Part shown: positions 1 through 11,310 of the stretch, piece by piece
Numbering within the stretch: position 1 is the first letter of the stretch
How the letters are laid out: each line of letters begins with the position of its first letter
DNA from: Rhina ancylostomus
Lineage: Eukaryota
Reading direction: 5' to 3'
NCBI GenBank assembly: GCA_030265395.1
Contig: JARFYF010000071.1
Span: 5,250,689-5,314,688 of the forward strand
Length of the DNA stretch: 64,000 bases
Translations under genes and position numbers: made by a program
The notes under the pieces: generated by a model
What the model saw: the letters and a program-made list of their open reading frames with translations, nothing else
Told to the model about the DNA's origin: nothing
Database searches by the model: none

Positions 1-403
1 TGGTGGGTTAAGCTTCCTCTGCACCACCCTATCACATTCTCCCAGGGCAGATACAGCCCAAGTTTAAACTCCCTGTACAAAAAAGATAAAAATTGGGTAA
101 AGGAAAGGGAACAGCACAGGTTTGGTAGATCAACCACATGCAACTTTGACCAACTGGAAATCGGCACTGGTTAGATGTACCCACCCCTGGCTTTTAAGGG
201 TGGTGCAGTCTTCGTCCCTTTGTCCTAGCAGTCAGGGACCTATGTGGTACAATATAGGGGCTGCCTTATCTCCACCACCTCCCTCCCACCGCCGCCCCCC
301 CCACCCCACCCCACCGACAAACAAAGACCATCCTTCCCTGATTTTACACTTCTAGTGAGGTCCCTCAGGCAGAGGTGACGAGTCCTGACTCATGGCTTCT
401 CAC

Positions 404-482
404 CTTCCTTAGCTTTTCATTCAGCTGCTTGACAGTGGCTTCTAAACGAAACACCTTTTCATTGAGACCTGTTGGAAAGGTG
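404..482 (-). CDS. SIPA1: SIPA1 coding exon 14, start of coiled coil (STFPTGLNEKVFRLEATVKQLNEKLRK); gene continues beyond the window start
   Basis: Resembles human NLSEKVSHLESMLRKLQEDLQK; AAG|GTGAG donor; phase-2 acceptor at 484-483. Confidence 0.87.
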
Positions 483-1642
483 CTGGGTGGGGAATAGGTG
501 AGATAATTAGACATGCAGTCCAGACAAATCTGTTTAAGAAATTTAATTGTGTAGCTGTTTTCTCAATTCCTTCTTGATGGTGCTGAATCTCAATGTAAAA
601 TGGCTCACACACGCCACTAACTTCCCTCGCTCTCCTTCCCCTTTCACTCATGAATTCCAACCCCGACTTTGAAAAGCTATTGAAACATAGGAGCATTACA
701 ACTGAACCTTTGTTGCAATCAACACTCACATATATACTCAGTGTGTCGGGAGGTATATTGGAAGTGGTCCCATCATTGTTTCAGGAGCAAGAATCCTAAC
801 CTGTTTCTGTTGAACTTCAGCCCACCTCTCTACCACGATGAGCAGTGGGGTTTACTGTGCCCTCAGCTATAGTCTTGTCCAAGTCACCTAACTCGTGCGA
901 TGGCTGGCCATGGAAACCATGACCCCATGCTTCACCCCAAAGTGTTATTTCCCCTCATTAGGTAAGACACTTTCCCCTTCCGCTCAATTTCCAAACAGTA
1001 ATTCGCATGGCCTGTGAGTATTGTAGTCAGCATTAGCCTCCCACTGCCACCAGCAAGAAATCCAGCCCCCATACCACCAGATGGCCCTAGCAGTTTGGCT
1101 ATTTAAAACAAAATTAAGAACACTCTTTCNNNNNNNNNNNNNNNNNNNNNNNNNNNNNNNNNNNNNNNNNNNNNNNNNNNNNNNNNNNNNNNNNNNNNNN
1201 NNNNNNNNNNNNNNNNNNNNNNNNNNNNNATTTAAAACAAAATTAAGAACACTCTTTCCCCCACTGCCTTTTTCAACCTTGGTGACTAGGAGGATTTTAA
1301 AGGCAAACATTGAAAGATTATGATTGGGGCATCTGCTAAATTCTCCTAATTTGGGAACTATTGTTTTAGATTGGGAAATTACGGCAGAAACAGCGGGAAA
1401 TCTTTCTCCACATTCCCTCCTCTTCCAAGAATCCCTAGCCACAAACTCAATCTACCTCACCATTCCCCTCCCCATCTGGTAACCACACATTGAATCCACT
1501 GCTGGAGCCATGCTCAGAGATTCTGCATTCTTTTTCATCTCGACCATTGATCCCATGAGCTCCGCAGAAACTCGTACTGACTCGCTGCACACCAGTCTCC
1601 TCCATCACTCCATCAGGCACTATCATGTCCCAATCAACTTAC

Positions 1643-1709
1643 CTCAATTGGCTCTCTTCCCTCGGCTCAAGGGCACCAGCAGCCCTGGGTTCCTCCGTTG
1701 TCATCTCTT
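1643..1709 (-). CDS. SIPA1: Probable SIPA1 coding exon 13 (EEMTTEEPRAAGALEPREESQL)
   Basis: ttcttttgccAG acceptor, GAG|GTAAGT donor; 67 nt, phase 1 to 2 fits the neighbours. Confidence 0.75.
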
Positions 1710-2489
1710 CTGGCAAAAGAAAATAAAGATTCATTGGCACACCCAAAGCTCAGTGTTTGAACTATTGGCCTCTGTGGATTGGGCACAGGCTGGGATCCAA
1801 GAGCATGTAATATACTGGTACTGGTACTGGTGCATGGGTGGCTGCCCTGTTTGTGCCTGGGGATGTGGGAAATACTGTTAACCTATCAGACCAGCTTCCT
1901 ACAGCTATTGAAACATGTGTTTGCAATTATTTTGCCAGGGGATATTAACCATGGGCCACAAGGGAATTGGGGGGCACAGAGAAAAGAGTCAATAACCTTG
2001 GGTAGTAGAGTAAAGATCAGTGATGCAGAGCTCCAGTGGGAGGGCCACTGGGTCAGGACCATAGGGTCAGTGGAAAGGTCAATGACACAGAGATCCAGTG
2101 TCATTTATAATGACCTCTTATTCACTTATGGGATTTGACCGTGGTTGGGGAGGCTGAGATCTCTTGCACTTGAGAAGCTGGTGAGCCACGATCTTGAACC
2201 GTTGCAGTGCCTCTGGTGAAGGTATTTCCACAACAGCATTGGACACGGAATTTCAGAGACTATGAACAGCAATATTTCCATGTCAGGAGGGTGTGCAAGT
2301 TGGAGGGGAACCTGCAGTTCGTGACCTTTCCATGCACCTCTGCCTTTCTCCTTGAATTGAAGGTTAAGGAGATAAGAGGTGCAATCCTTGTCTGGCTCTG
2401 CCATCTATCAGATGTCTTCACTCATCACCCTACTGTCCAACATGAACTATATCTTGGCCATGGAATATTCCATTGTAAAAACCACTCAC

Positions 2490-2585
2490 CTTCCAAGGAG
2501 AGGGACTGTACAAGGTCTTCACAGTATGAAGCAATGTCTGCCAGGGACTGCCACTGAACGTTAGAGACATCAGATGTTGTGATAT
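2490..2585 (-). CDS. SIPA1: SIPA1 coding exon 12 (DITTSDVSNVQWQSLADIASYCEDLVQSLSLE)
   Basis: Resembles human SIPA1 EWQAISEIASTCNTILESLSRE; 96 nt, phase 1 to 1; strong tttttgtttAG and GTGAGT sites. Confidence 0.88.
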
Positions 2586-3106
2586 CTAAACAAAAAGATA
2601 GGATAATGTAATATTCAGTAGACTAGGATGCCTGTCCATCGGAGGCGCATACACTACTGAAAAATTCCTTCCTCCTCACGCCCCTGGATATAGTTCCAAA
2701 TATGTCTGAGGCACTGTGAGGCTATGCCACCGTTTCAAATATTGTTCCTTTACCAAAGTATTGAAGGAGGTTGCACATGGTACTCAAGCTAATAGAGTAA
2801 CTAGTTCCAGGATTACTGGCCTCAGCTGATGTAGGCAAGTAATTTGCCTGCCTTCACCACACACCTAACTACTGCCCTGCTACCTTCAAGGATCTGTACG
2901 CATGCACTCTGAGATCCCTGGTTTCTTCACACCACTCAGTAATCGTGCAGCAGTCTGCTGGTAACAGAAGTACCAGAACTGCCATCTTACCAGGACCAGT
3001 ATCACAGACAATCCATCAGTAACATTTTGTCGGTTTTGGACACATCACACATATTTCCTGTCACACATATTCTTCCACTTCTCCCCACCACCCAGTCAGA
3101 CATTAC

Positions 3107-3284
3107 CGTGCATTTTAGCACCACTTGGCACATTTTGGCTCGGACCAGCGAGTGAATAGATCAGTGAGGTATCATTCAGAAGGGCTCGTTGAGGGTCCAG
3201 GAGACCAGGATCACAGGTGCTTGGATTGCTGGGGCAACTCTCCTGAAAGGCTGTCCCAGGGAAAGAGCGTCGAGGAGCAGCTAC
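3107..3284 (-). CDS. SIPA1: Probable SIPA1 coding exon 11 (VAAPRRSFPGTAFQESCP...GAKMH)
   Basis: Open 178-nt frame with AG/GT ends; phase 0 to 1 bridges the neighbouring exons exactly; sequence similarity is weak. Confidence 0.65.
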
Positions 3285-6200
3285 CTAGATCAGGAACAGA
3301 AATGTGTACAGCCATCAGAGATACAGCCCTTGCGGCCTTCCATTTGTGGTGAATTGTTCTGGGTTTTTTGTAATGAAAATACTTACGCTACCTCAGCAAG
3401 GTGTCAAGCACAAAACATTACTTTGGCAGTCAGNNNNNNNNNNAGCACCAGCCTTTTTGCACCATGTGTTGCACAGTGGGATCGATGGGCAGCTAACCTG
3501 TCTTTTCAGTGGTGTTGATTGAGGGAGGAGTGTTGACTCCCTCAAGGACATCACTCCCCTGCTCTTCTTCCAATAGCGGCCTTGGGATTTTTAACGTCCA
3601 CCCAAGAGGGGCAGATGAGATCTTGGCTCCACGTCTCCTCCGGAAGGCTGCACCTCTGACAACACGGTGTTCCCTTGGTACTAGTGCCAGGGAGAGTCAC
3701 CCTTGATTACAGGCTCAAGTTGTGGACATTTCAGACCCACCACCTTCTGGGTCAGACAGAGGAGGGAGGTCAACAAGAGCCAAACAGTCACAATAGTGCA
3801 CACAATGATGGGAATTGAGGTAAAACAGGAGGGAGTTCTATACAGAAAACAGCATTTAATAATCAGGGATGAGGAATCAGGGTTGAGGAATCAGGTAAGG
3901 ACATTGATGTGGACAGTGCAAGTGGTGGAGGGGATCAAAAATTAAATATACACAGACAAATATTCTAATGTAATAACACTCGGGGTGATATATCGGCACT
4001 TAGGATCATTAAGCCCCGTTACCAGATGGTGTAATTATATTGACAGACAGAAGTGCCACTTTCAACAATATATAGAATGTTATGCCTGTGTATATAGAGA
4101 GAGAAATACATAGAGTTTATAGCACAGAATCAAGCTATTCAGCCCAGCAGGTCCATACTGGTGTTTATGCTCCACATGAGCAGCCCACCCCATCAATTTT
4201 TCTCTCTATTCTTCCTCCCTTTCTTCNNNNNNNNNNNNNNNNNNNACATTTCTGCTCATCACTCCCTCTGCAAGCAAGTTCCAGATTCTCACCTCTCTCT
4301 GGGTGAAGATGTTCCTTCTGAGTTGTGCCCTGGATTTATCAATGACCACCTTGTACTAAACCCCCTGGTTCAGGTCTCCCCTACAAGTGAAAACTCCTTC
4401 TCTACATCTATTCTACCAATTCACAATCTTCAAGATTTCTATCAAGATAACGATAGAAATCTTCACTTCACTCCCCTGCATGTCCAATCTTCCTGATGTT
4501 ACAACCTCTCAGTTCTGCTACCATCTTTACGGCACTTTCTCTGGGGCCTCTAAAACCCTTCTGATGTTGAGAAATCAGAATTGTACCCTAACTCACATTG
4601 TGTTTTTGCATAATGCACACAGATCACTCTCAGATACTGTGCTGTAGCAGAGTGAGAGACTGGAGGGCAGTGCACACCTCCAGCAAAACATCACTGAAAG
4701 AACCCATTAAAATATCTCACCAAAAAGGAAGTAAGTTGATTCTTAATAATTACTGGAAAATAAACAGTCTGCTTGGATAAAGTCTTAAACCGTGACACAC
4801 TCTTTACAGTGAAGGCCAAAAAATGATTAAAACTGTAATCTTCCCTTGCATCTTTCCTTCTGAAACACAGCAGTAAATGTCACATTTTAAACAAAATTTC
4901 TTTCAAATAATTTGTTTTAAAAGTAAAGAACCATTATTTTCAGACCTGCCTCCCAATGGATGCGATGCTGCAGTCCCCTCCAGTTTCCATCTGTTTACAT
5001 GGACAGTTGTAGAAGATTTGACAGAAATATTTAAAGGACAAGGGGAGCTGTAGCAGCCATTTAGGATGTGTTCTAAAATATAAAAATTCCACCTGGAAAT
5101 CTGACTGTTTTAAATTTCAATTATTGCAAGATAATAACAACCCTGTCACTTGGTTCTTGAGGCAGACCACAACATTTATAGTATGCCTTTAAGAAAACAA
5201 AATATCCCAAAGTGCTTTACCGAGCATCACCCTAACAAAATCTGACACAAGGAAACATTTGGTCAGGTGACCAAAAAGCTTGGTTAGAGAAGTGGGTTTA
5301 AAAAAAAGCAGGAGGCAGCCAAGAGGAACCATCAAAGCTCAGAAGCTGGGAAGCTAAAAAGGCGTGGCTAGCAGTATTAGATTGTTGCAAATCAGAATTG
5401 TGAAGGAGGGCAGTGATATTGGAGAACTTTAAAGGAGGAGGAAATAACAGAGATCGAGTCGAGGGCAAAGCAATGGAGGGATTTGAAAACAAGGATGAGA
5501 TTTTAAAATTGTGGCATTGCTCATTTGAAATATTCTCTTTTGATTCCTTTATGGATAAAATTGAGATTTTGGAAAAGGTTAAGAGGGTGATGCTACGTTT
5601 AAAATTCCATACATGCTCCAATCAGCCTTAGTTGCCAAGTCTATTTTCTTTGGGGCTCTGTAAGCTATTTAGTATTGTGTGATTCTATAAAATGGGTCAG
5701 TGAAAGAACAAGAATCTCTTTATATATTAATGGTACACCATCTGTAAAATAACATGGGGTCCAGATTATGTTCATGCTGGCAAAGCAGTTCAGTTTGGGA
5801 GGAAAACAATCCGGAATGAGCTTTCTGAAAGGGCAATGGTAACAGATTCAATATTAACTTTCAAAAGGTAAATGGAATAGATACTTGCAAAAAAGAGGAA
5901 GAAATTGGCATGGCTGTGTGACAGAGTGGGTAACTCCTTCTCTGAAGGAGGCCATACACAGGCTAAATGATTTTTGAGTGTTTGGTACAACTTTTAAGAT
6001 TCTTGAGCAGGGCTTTATGAGAAATTTGCACCAAAGGAGAACTAGTTAGATTGTTGGCCAGTTCCTTGTAATGCCAGAAATGAGAAGATTGTTACAAAAC
6101 TTCCCAGCTAGTGTGGTGAGTGCTGATTCACTCACAGCTTCGAGAGGGAACTGAACTGGTTTGTGGCCGAGACTGAGATAGTATCCAGCACGAGGTAGTG

Positions 6201-7467
6201 AGCAGGTACTTTCTCAACTAGGTTCGCACAGGCAAGTGCGGAAAATTAGAGAAGCATTTACAAATGTTATCCCCCATTAAAGAATCATATTTTCTAACAA
6301 CAGCTTGTATTTATCCAAGGAGACCAACAGTGTGACTTTTAGAGTTTATTGAAACAGGCTACAGAAACTCCATCCTGTTATGGCAAACGTTAAACACAAC
6401 AGTTCTTCTTGCATTATGTTGGGCCCCAACCCTGTCCCATTTAGATTAGAGTCTCTGTTTGAAAGTTTGCCGAAACAATGAGCTTGAACGCCTAGTCAGG
6501 ATTGGTACATTAAATCATCATTGACCAGACTGCTTCAGAGATACTGCTGACAACAGGTGGGGGATAACATTCTTGTCTTACTGAAAAGGCAATGTCTACA
6601 ATTTGTGGTAATCTCCGACAATATTAATATCCAAATAACACAATGCCCACCTCACTTTCCAATCAAAAAAATACCACGCTGTCAAATCAATGGGTATGAG
6701 CTAAAACTAATAACCAGATTTATTTACAATCTGAGTTTTATACACAAGTAGTGGAACACAGCAAATTTCAGAGTACAATACTTAAAACCAGAAAAAAAAT
6801 TACAAATCAGTTCACAGAAGGCTTCAAAACACCCTCATTAGAACAAATTTATCACACAGCTTATAAACGATGGGATTTTTTTTGAATAAAGCAGTTTGTT
6901 TTGTAGACTCTCATGATGCAAATTGTAGCAAATTTTCAGTGCACCCTTTAAGTTCAAATCCCTAGACAGTAGCAAAGACATGAGCAAGCAGCACTGAGAT
7001 TTGTACCATAGGTAATTCATTCGCAGTGATATCAACAGACAAAAACTTGGGTGTGGTAGTGTACCAATGCGAGGCTTGGTATTAATGTCTAGATCCTACA
7101 ACAACACTGTCTTCTTCCAAACATCCCCTCGGAGGTTCAGCAATGAGAGAAATGATATGCGATTATTCCACAGTTTGCCAATCCGCACAGGTAAACACTC
7201 CAAGTAGTCTCAGGATTTGTTTTTGCATGCCTTTGGCAGGAGTTGCAATTATAATGTAAAAGACCTACTGCCCTTCGAAAGGTTGGGTTCAAAGGTTAGT
7301 GGGATTTCCATTCAGGTACCTGTGGTCCTTGGTGGCGGGGAACATAGAACACCCCGACTTCCAACTTAACTCTAACTACTTTGAAAACTGTCCGAAATCA
7401 GGGGCAGAAAATCGCCCTGTACATCACAGGGTAAGAACTCTGCCCTCAGCTTAGGTGAGTTACTGAC

Positions 7468-7588
7468 CTGGGTGTCGTTGGAATCGAAGTCCAGTCTTCC
7501 AGGAGACGGTGGGCACTGGGAGTTTACAGCCAAAATGAGGTCAGGGGTTGATGTCTTTAGAGCCCTGGAGCAGGGGTCCCTCTCATTC
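7468..7588 (-). CDS. SIPA1: SIPA1 coding exon 10 (RNERDPCSRALKTSTPDLILAVNSQ...DTQ)
   Basis: TSTPDLILA resembles human SIPA1 NTTPDLLLA; 121 nt, phase 2 to 0; ttcAG and GTCAGT sites. Confidence 0.85.
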
Positions 7589-8488
7589 CTGAACAGACAG
7601 AATGTACAGCCTTTAATCAGGAGTTATTGGGCTCGAATACTAAGTTCTCTAATCATACAGAAATGAAATGTTTGACCTGCCTCAGATTTCCTGCTGCTGA
7701 AATCCTCATGTGCTTTCATACCTCAAGACTGACTGTTCACCTGCCTGCCCTCATGCTTCACACCCTTCATTAACTTAAAACTTACCTGGAATTCTGCTGT
7801 TCTGCATCCTAACTCACACCAGGTCCCACTTGCCCATTACGCCTGTGCTTGTTCCTGGTTCATCAATACCTCAATTATAAATTCTCATTCTTGCTTCCAA
7901 ATCCATCCATGGCCTAACCTCTCCAAGTTTCTGTTTATTTCAGACTTGTGAGACTTCTGCAATTCTTTCCTCTTGATCACCCTCAAATATAATCACTCCA
8001 CCACCAGTGGCTGATATTCACCTGACTGGGCCCTAAACTCTGGAATTACCTCCTTAAACCCCTAATGCCTGCCCTTTTTCCCCCTGCATTAAGACATTCC
8101 TTCACACCTATCACTTGGACCAGGCTTTTGATCATTTATAACCCAGCAGCATATAGGAGAGCATTCAATGAACTCAAGTTGGATCAGCATCTTCACTCTA
8201 GCTGTCTGTCCTGGCTGCAGCCCCAAATATCCTTGGCCAGCAAGAATCTCGAGTGTAAAATTATTAATTGAGTTTGCCTCGTGGTGCTAGAGAATTCCAA
8301 CCGTCCACTACCTTCTGTCCTCAGCAGCCGGGCTCTGATCTTGCGTTTCTACCACCTGTCCAGGAATTTCCCCACCTGTAGAAAATGCTGTTCTGATTCT
8401 ATCTCATCACTTCTCTCGAAATCTAAAAAATCATCAATTTGCCACTTAACCTTTTCTATTCCAGGAAATACAAGCCAAATGTGCTTTT

Positions 8489-8837
8489 GGGGTGGCACGG
8501 TGGCGCAGTTGGTAGAGCCGCTGCCTCACAGTGCCAGAGACAGGGCTTAGTCCTGACCTTTGCTGTCTGTATGGAGCTTGTATATTGCCCCTGTGACCAC
8601 TTGGGTATCCCTGGGTGCTCCAGTTTCCTCCCACATCCCAAAGATGTGTGGTTTGCTGGGGTTAATTGGCTGCTATAAGTTGCCCCAGTGTGTAGATCTG
8701 GGGAGAGTTGATGCGAACTTGGGGAGAATTTTTTCTTAAAGTGATATTAATGTAGGATTGGTGTAAATGGGTGGTTGATGGTCATTGAAGACTTGATGTG
8801 CTGAAGGGCATATTTCTCTGCTGTATCTATGATTCTA
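8489..8837 (+). mobile_element. tRNA-derived V-SINE (HE1-like); other copies at ~12180-12425(-), 13640-13945(-), 18590-18915(-), 21770-22110(+), 30670-30870(-), 35320-35635(+)
   Basis: Head ggtggcacggtggcgcagttggtagagccgctgcctcacag, V-domain ccagtttcctcccacatcccaaaga, CR1-derived tail. Confidence 0.85.
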
Positions 8838-9144
8838 ATTCATAGCTTAACCCTTGGAGTCCAGGTTTTATTCTGGTAATTCTATGCTGCACTTCCTTCA
8901 AGGCCAATATATCCTTCCTGAAGTGTGTCACTCAGACCTGCTCACAGTGCTCCAGCCATGGTCTAATCAGAGCTCTGGACAGCTGCAGCAAAACATCTAC
9001 CCCTTTGTATTCTAGCCCTCCATCGTAACATTCCATTAGCCTTTTTGATCAATTTCCTATGGACCACAAGTGCTACTTGTACATGGGTTTCGCTGCATTT
9101 CTTGGAACCTCCAGCCTCCACCACATTCATTCTCTGAGCAATAC

Positions 9145-9348
9145 CTTTGGCCTTGAGCCACTCTCATTTCCAGGGAGCAGCTCCGTACGGTGGGGCTCTG
9201 TGGTCCTTGTGGACTGGTGCTCCTGGTCTCCTGGAGCGAGGACATCCTCAACAGGGACAGGCAGGACGGCGCCAGCCCTGTATCTGGCACCCGGTCGCAC
9301 TTGCGCTCAGTCTCCTCGATTGACTTTCTGTACAGCTCGGAGAAGCTC
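9145..9348 (-). CDS. SIPA1: SIPA1 coding exon 9 (MSFSELYRKSIEETERK...RVAQGQ)
   Basis: SFSELY matches the SIPA1 post-PDZ motif; 204 nt, phase 2 to 2; AG at 9350-9349, GT at 9144-9143. Confidence 0.88.
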
Positions 9349-9437
9349 CTTCAAAAATAGGAGGAATCTGCATTGATATTGTTCTTCCTGCTGCATCAGC
9401 TCATACTGAAACACTCCGTCAAGTACCGTTCATTGAA

Positions 9438-9640
9438 GTCTGAAATAAACTCAGGAAATGCTGAAATACTCAGCAGTCAGACAGCATCTATGGAGAGAGA
9501 AAAACAGAGTTAACGTTTCACATCTGAGATTCTTCATCGGTGTTCTGATGAAAAACCTCAGACCCAAAAAGTTAACTGTTTTTCTTTGCGCTGAGGCTGC
9601 CTGACCTGCTGAGTGTTAACAGCATTTTCAGATTTCCATC
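9438..9640. mobile_element. Palindromic Penelope-LTR-derived element; related full or half copies at ~11360-11490, 14400-14540, 22215-22420, 24505-24680, 28155-28490, 46190-46275, 48035-48380, 49145-49240
   Basis: Arms aaatgctgaaatactcagcag..agttaac / gttaact..ctgctgagtgttaacagcattt are reverse complements. Confidence 0.7.
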
Positions 9641-9674
9641 TTATGCAATTTTTTTGATTTCCTTTTCAAATCTA

Positions 9675-9930
9675 ACCAGCACTGAAATGTGGGGAAACAC
9701 AGCTACCAATCTGTGCTCAGCAAGATCCCACAAGCAGCATAACAATAATGCTTTTGGTCACGGGATAAATACTGGCCCCACAACACTGAAGAGAATTCCC
9801 CTGCTCTTCCTTGAGATGGTGATCGTGGCACCTTTTACAACAACCTGAGAGTATGGAATATGATCTCCTCCAAAGACAACACATCTATCTGGGAATGTTG
9901 ACCTGAGTGAGGGGCTTGAACCCTCTGTCC
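9675..9930 (-). mobile_element. Deu-domain SINE (SacSINE1-like); related copies at ~3320-3760(-), 39040-39290(+), 55700-55960(+)
   Basis: Reverse complement contains tgctgcttgtgggatcttgctgagcacagattggtagctgtgtttcc, a Deu core-like sequence. Confidence 0.65.
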
Positions 9931-10356
9931 TTTAACTCAACAAACAGCAAAGTAAGCTGGAAACTAGTTTAAAATGACTGGAATGGCCCATCTCTGGATT
10001 TTATGGGTAGAATGCTTCCCCCATGCACACAGTCCATTCATCATCTCCACTGCCCAAAGCTCCTGCCCCCACACCCTGAGGATTGCATCCCCAGCCACCC
10101 ACTCCTCCCCACAGCTTGGTCCAAATCTGCTTCCTCTGGTCATTGTGAAGGTGGTGAGTGGTGGAAATCAAAGGTTTCAAATCACTAAGGCAGGTCACAG
10201 CCCAGAAATATTCACCTTCCTTCCCACTCCACCCTTCCCCCAAGCCCCTACATGGCATGTGCCCTCTGGCATTAAATAGAGACTGCAAGTATAAGATTGG
10301 TTCTTAAGCCAGGTAAAGCCATTGCACCACCACCCACCCCATGAGCAAACACCTAC

Positions 10357-10631
10357 ATTCTGGGCTTGCCCTTGCTGTCAGGGGGGATGATGGTTATCTT
10401 CACATTGTCGGCCTTCCTCAGGAGCTCTGCCCTCTCCTTGTACGACAGCACCACCACCGGTGTCTCGCAGATCCTGACCAGCCGGCTGAAGAGCTTCAGG
10501 CCCATCATTTGAGCGTAACCGTTCTCCTCCACCTGGGTCACAATCCCTTCACCATTGGCTTGGAAACCCAGATGATGGACACTGTTGCGCCGGAGGACGA
10601 GGTCTTCGGTCTCGCACCCAGTTGTCACAAT
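10357..10631 (-). CDS. SIPA1: SIPA1 coding exon 8, PDZ domain (IVTTGCETEDLVLRRNSVHHLGF...IIPPDSKGKPR)
   Basis: PDZ with HLGF carboxylate loop; 275 nt, phase 0 to 2; follows a ~12 kb intron. Confidence 0.94.
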
Positions 10632-10689
10632 CTGTTTTGGAAACACACAGAGGGGACTAGAGTCAAGAAAATTCCACACACGCAAAGGT

Positions 10690-11310
10690 CCCTTCGCCCA
10701 GTGAACAGCAGGAAGCTATTCAGCCCCACAAGCCTGTTCTGCCATTCAATGAGATCATGGCTGATGTTGTGCTTTGTCCATCTTCTAATCCCATGTCCCC
10801 TGGTTTCCTCCATGCTCAAAAATCTCAGCCTTGAATACACTGCTCATCTGAGTACAGAATTACAAATATTCATAACCCACCGAGGAAAGAATTTTGCAGT
10901 TCTAAACGGCCAACTCCTTATCCTGAAATCACACCCCCTAGTTCATGACTCTGCAGCCATTCATCATCTCCTGTCGGTATTGATAAAAAATTTTTACCTG
11001 ATCAAGTAATAAAAGATTATGGAAAGGTTTCACAGGGTGGATGTAAAATGGGGGCTGAGCAAAAATGTGTACATCATAAATATAAGAGTCACTAATAAAT
11101 CCTGTAGAGAATGTGGGAGAAACTTCTGTGGAACTTTCCTGCACAGAGGATGGTAGAGGTGAACAGCAGAGATGCTGTAAGAGTAAACTGGATAAGGGAG
11201 AGAGGATTAGAAGGATGTGGTGGTGGAGGGGTGTGAGGAGGCTCTATGGGCATTAGCAAATACTGGCAATGAGCAGAAGGGCTGAATGGTCTATTTCTGT
11301 AATCCAATGC
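10690..11310. mobile_element. Two CR1 3' fragments in opposite orientations (other short ones at ~5740-6000, 8840-9130, 37950-38410, 41280-41570)
   Basis: Tails gggctgaatagcttcctgctg (minus) and gggctgaatggtctatttctg (plus). Confidence 0.6.

Noticed and set aside
1100-1259. Direct repeats flanking N gaps (also 28179-28506, 42237-42400, 48197-48392)
   Set aside because: Identical sequence on both sides of placeholder gaps indicates unmerged overlapping contig ends, not true duplications.
8489-8570. tRNA-like sequence
   Set aside because: It is the tRNA-derived head of a V-SINE and continues into the V-domain and LINE tail.
10341-11009. 222-aa plus-strand ORF
   Set aside because: It is the antisense shadow of the PDZ exon running into a CR1 fragment, with no recognisable protein features.
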